From contig JAOUEV010000059.1 in the NCBI GenBank assembly GCA_029858565.1, positions 1-19,516 of the forward strand: 19,516 bases of DNA, in the 5' to 3' direction. The DNA comes from Nitrospirota bacterium. GTDB lineage: Bacteria; Nitrospirota; UBA9217. Within the stretch, counting starts at the first letter, position 1. Every line of letters begins with the position of its first letter. The position numbers were made by a program, and so were the translations under genes. Under the pieces are notes generated by a model. The model was not told where the DNA came from and made no database searches. It was given only the letters and a program-made list of their open reading frames with translations. Positions 17,741-19,516 of the stretch are shown here, piece by piece.

Positions 17741-18621
17741 TATTTCACAATCTTGAGCAGCTCTTCTACTTTCTTGTCGTCCAGTCCCCGCTCCCCGGCG
17801 ATCTGAATGGTCTGCTTCGCCAACTCCCGGTACAGGGGCAGAAGCTCGGGCAGCCGCTCTTCCATTGCCTGGATATGACCTTTGACCGTTTCCGCGTCGC
17901 CCCGGGCGATCGGTCCGGTCAGGGCCTGCGTCGTGCCCATGGCTTCCATGTTGGCCAGCGTTCCCTTGATCAGCGGCAGAACCGCCTGCAAGGCCTGCTG
18001 TTTATCCGCTCCCAGGTCCTGATAGAAACGGAGGCCGTAATCTATGAGCGCTACGAAATAATTGGATACCGCTACGGCGCCCGCATGGTACAACGCGGCC
18101 GACTGTTTGTCGGACCGCCATTTCGGCATGACAAGTTCGATGCCGCCCAGCGCCGCCACAATATCCTTTGCTGCCTGAAGCATCTCGGGATCAGCCTCGA
18201 TCCTGAAGAACGATCCCGGAAGGTTTTTCGCTCCCTGCTCCATTCCCGGCAGGGACTGGAGCGGATGGATCACTGCTCGATGAACACCCGATTTCTTCGC
18301 GCTGTCCAGAAGGTCCAGCGTATGAGCACCCGATGTATGGATGACCATACTGCCAGGTTTGAAACCTCTGCCTTGTGAGATCCGCTCGCAAACTTGCCTG
18401 ATCGCTCCATCGGGCGTAGTGATGAAAACGATGTCTGCTGTTCCTGCCGCTTGTATCGGATCGGTCGATGCGCTCCCGGAACCGATGAACACCCTTGCCT
18501 TCTCAGCAGGTGCCTCAGTGCGGCAGACGACCGCGATGACCGTAAACCCCGCCTTTGCCAGCAAGTGGCCGATCGCGCCGCCTACGCGGCCAGCACCGAT
18601 GATAGCAACCGTTTTATTCAT
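17740..18621 (-). CDS. Rossmann-like and DUF2520 domain oxidoreductase (PanG-like family)
   Basis: IIGAGRVG, ITTPDGAI, HTSGA, HPLQS, YHAGAV..SNY and ALTGPIARGD. Confidence 0.88.
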   Translation of the reverse strand: MNKTVAIIGAGRVGGAIGHLLAKAGFTVIAVVCRTEAPAEKARVFIGSGSASTDPIQAAGTADIVFITTPDGAIRQVCERISQGRGFKPGSMVIHTSGAHTLDLLDSAKKSGVHRAVIHPLQSLPGMEQGAKNLPGSFFRIEADPEMLQAAKDIVAALGGIELVMPKWRSDKQSAALYHAGAVAVSNYFVALIDYGLRFYQDLGADKQQALQAVLPLIKGTLANMEAMGTTQALTGPIARGDAETVKGHIQAMEERLPELLPLYRELAKQTIQIAGERGLDDKKVEELLKIVK

Positions 18622-18634
18622 AAGGGACGTTCGT

Positions 18635-18690
18635 GCGCCAAGCGTCAGGCGAAAGCTTCTGTCGTCCCCCTGACCCCTTACGCCTAACGG
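18635..18690. repeat. Degenerate inverted heptamer arrays (GCGTCAG / CTKACSC)
   Basis: gcgccaa gcgtcag gcgaaag (18635-18655) facing ctgaccc cttacgc ctaacgg (18670-18690). Confidence 0.6.
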
Positions 18691-18701
18691 GTTATCAGCT
18701 T

Positions 18702-19472
18702 CTAAGGCACCAGCTTATCGAGTATCCCGAAGTAGCTCGTTATCGCCTTCGAATCCCCCGGCAGCTGCACCAGCGGTTTGCCGTTCAGATCGTATTCAAA
18801 GATCATTTCGTCCGCAGGAACGAATCCCGCGAACTCGACGCCCTGCTGTTCTATGGTCTGGCGGAGCGCCTGGTCCTCGCCGGTGCCGTCCTGCAAACGG
18901 TTCACGATCAGGACCGTGCGTTTCACGTTCAACTTAAGTTCCTCAACCAGTCCGGCGATCCTGCCGGCGGTCATGATGCCCCGCACCGAGGAATCGCTGA
19001 TGATCAGGAGCAGGTCCATGTCCTGCGTGGTCCGGCGGGAAAGGTGTTCGAGGCCGGCCTCGTTGTCAACGACCATGTACGGATAGGTATCCGCGAGCTT
19101 GTCCATGTACTTGCGGATGATATTGTTCGCAGCGCAGTAGCAGCCAGCGCCCTCGGGCCTGCCCATGACCAGGAGATCGAAGCCCTTTGCCTCGACCAGC
19201 GCCTGCTGGATCTGGTAATCGAAGAGCTGCTCCATGCTCATGCCGCCGGGCCGGGGGGCGGTGGACTTGACCGCTTCGAGCGAGGTCTCCCGGAGCTTTC
19301 CCACGGTCGCGTGGACCTGAACGCCGAGCACGTCGTTCAGGTTTGCGTTCGCATCGGCGTCAACGGCAAGAACCGCGCCGCGCCGTTTCTCTGTCAAATA
19401 ACGGATGGTAAGGCCACAGAGGCTTGTCTTGCCCGTGCCGCCCTTTCCTGCAACTGCGATGGAAAACCCCAT
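18702..19472 (-). CDS. cooC: CooC/AcsF nickel-insertion ATPase
   Basis: GKGGTGKT, AVDADANANL, MGRPEGAGCYC (CxC Ni site) and DNEAGLEHLSRRT. Confidence 0.95.
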   Translation of the reverse strand: MGFSIAVAGKGGTGKTSLCGLTIRYLTEKRRGAVLAVDADANANLNDVLGVQVHATVGKLRETSLEAVKSTAPRPGGMSMEQLFDYQIQQALVEAKGFDLLVMGRPEGAGCYCAANNIIRKYMDKLADTYPYMVVDNEAGLEHLSRRTTQDMDLLLIISDSSVRGIMTAGRIAGLVEELKLNVKRTVLIVNRLQDGTGEDQALRQTIEQQGVEFAGFVPADEMIFEYDLNGKPLVQLPGDSKAITSYFGILDKLVP

Positions 19473-19480
19473 AAAACACC

Positions 19481-19516
19481 TTCACCACAGAGATCACCGA
19501 GAAAAGAACGAGGAAG
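19481..19516. repeat. One arm of a third TTCACCACRGAG element, truncated by the window end
   Basis: TTCACCACAGAG ATCACCGAG matches the corresponding arms at 14251 and 15706. Confidence 0.65.

Noticed and set aside
5709-19516. Intergenic arrays as CRISPR repeats
   Set aside because: Units are 7-9 bp with no unique spacers, and no cas genes are present.

Overview
GC-rich anaerobe window, probably Nitrospirota or Desulfobacterota-like (inference from gene content). The plus strand (1-3.7 kb) carries a PilZ protein, an ABC-F ATPase, a Phd/VapC toxin-antitoxin pair bracketed by a duplicated ABC-F 3' end, and a truncated TRL-like gene. The minus strand (3.9-19.5 kb) carries a Wood-Ljungdahl cluster: cooC/acsF, a Rossmann+DUF2520 gene, acsE, acsD, acsC, acsB, NuoE- and NuoF-like subunits, a four-helix-bundle (bAvd/IVP-like) gene, a selenocysteine formate dehydrogenase (in-frame TGA plus SECIS), a stand-alone cNMP-binding-domain protein and fhs. 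The main unexplained structure is that most spacers of this cluster hold 7- or 8-bp tandem arrays, usually as inverted arms. One pair of arms encloses the four-helix-bundle gene. That insert is bracketed by a GTGAC direct repeat whose removal would restore a GTGA-coupled nuoF-fdhA junction, and a gene-less copy of the same arm family lies about 3.4 kb away. This looks like a minimal mobile or excisable cassette with footprints. The NuoF-like subunit also lacks the normally conserved GDPGAF part of its FMN/NAD loop.
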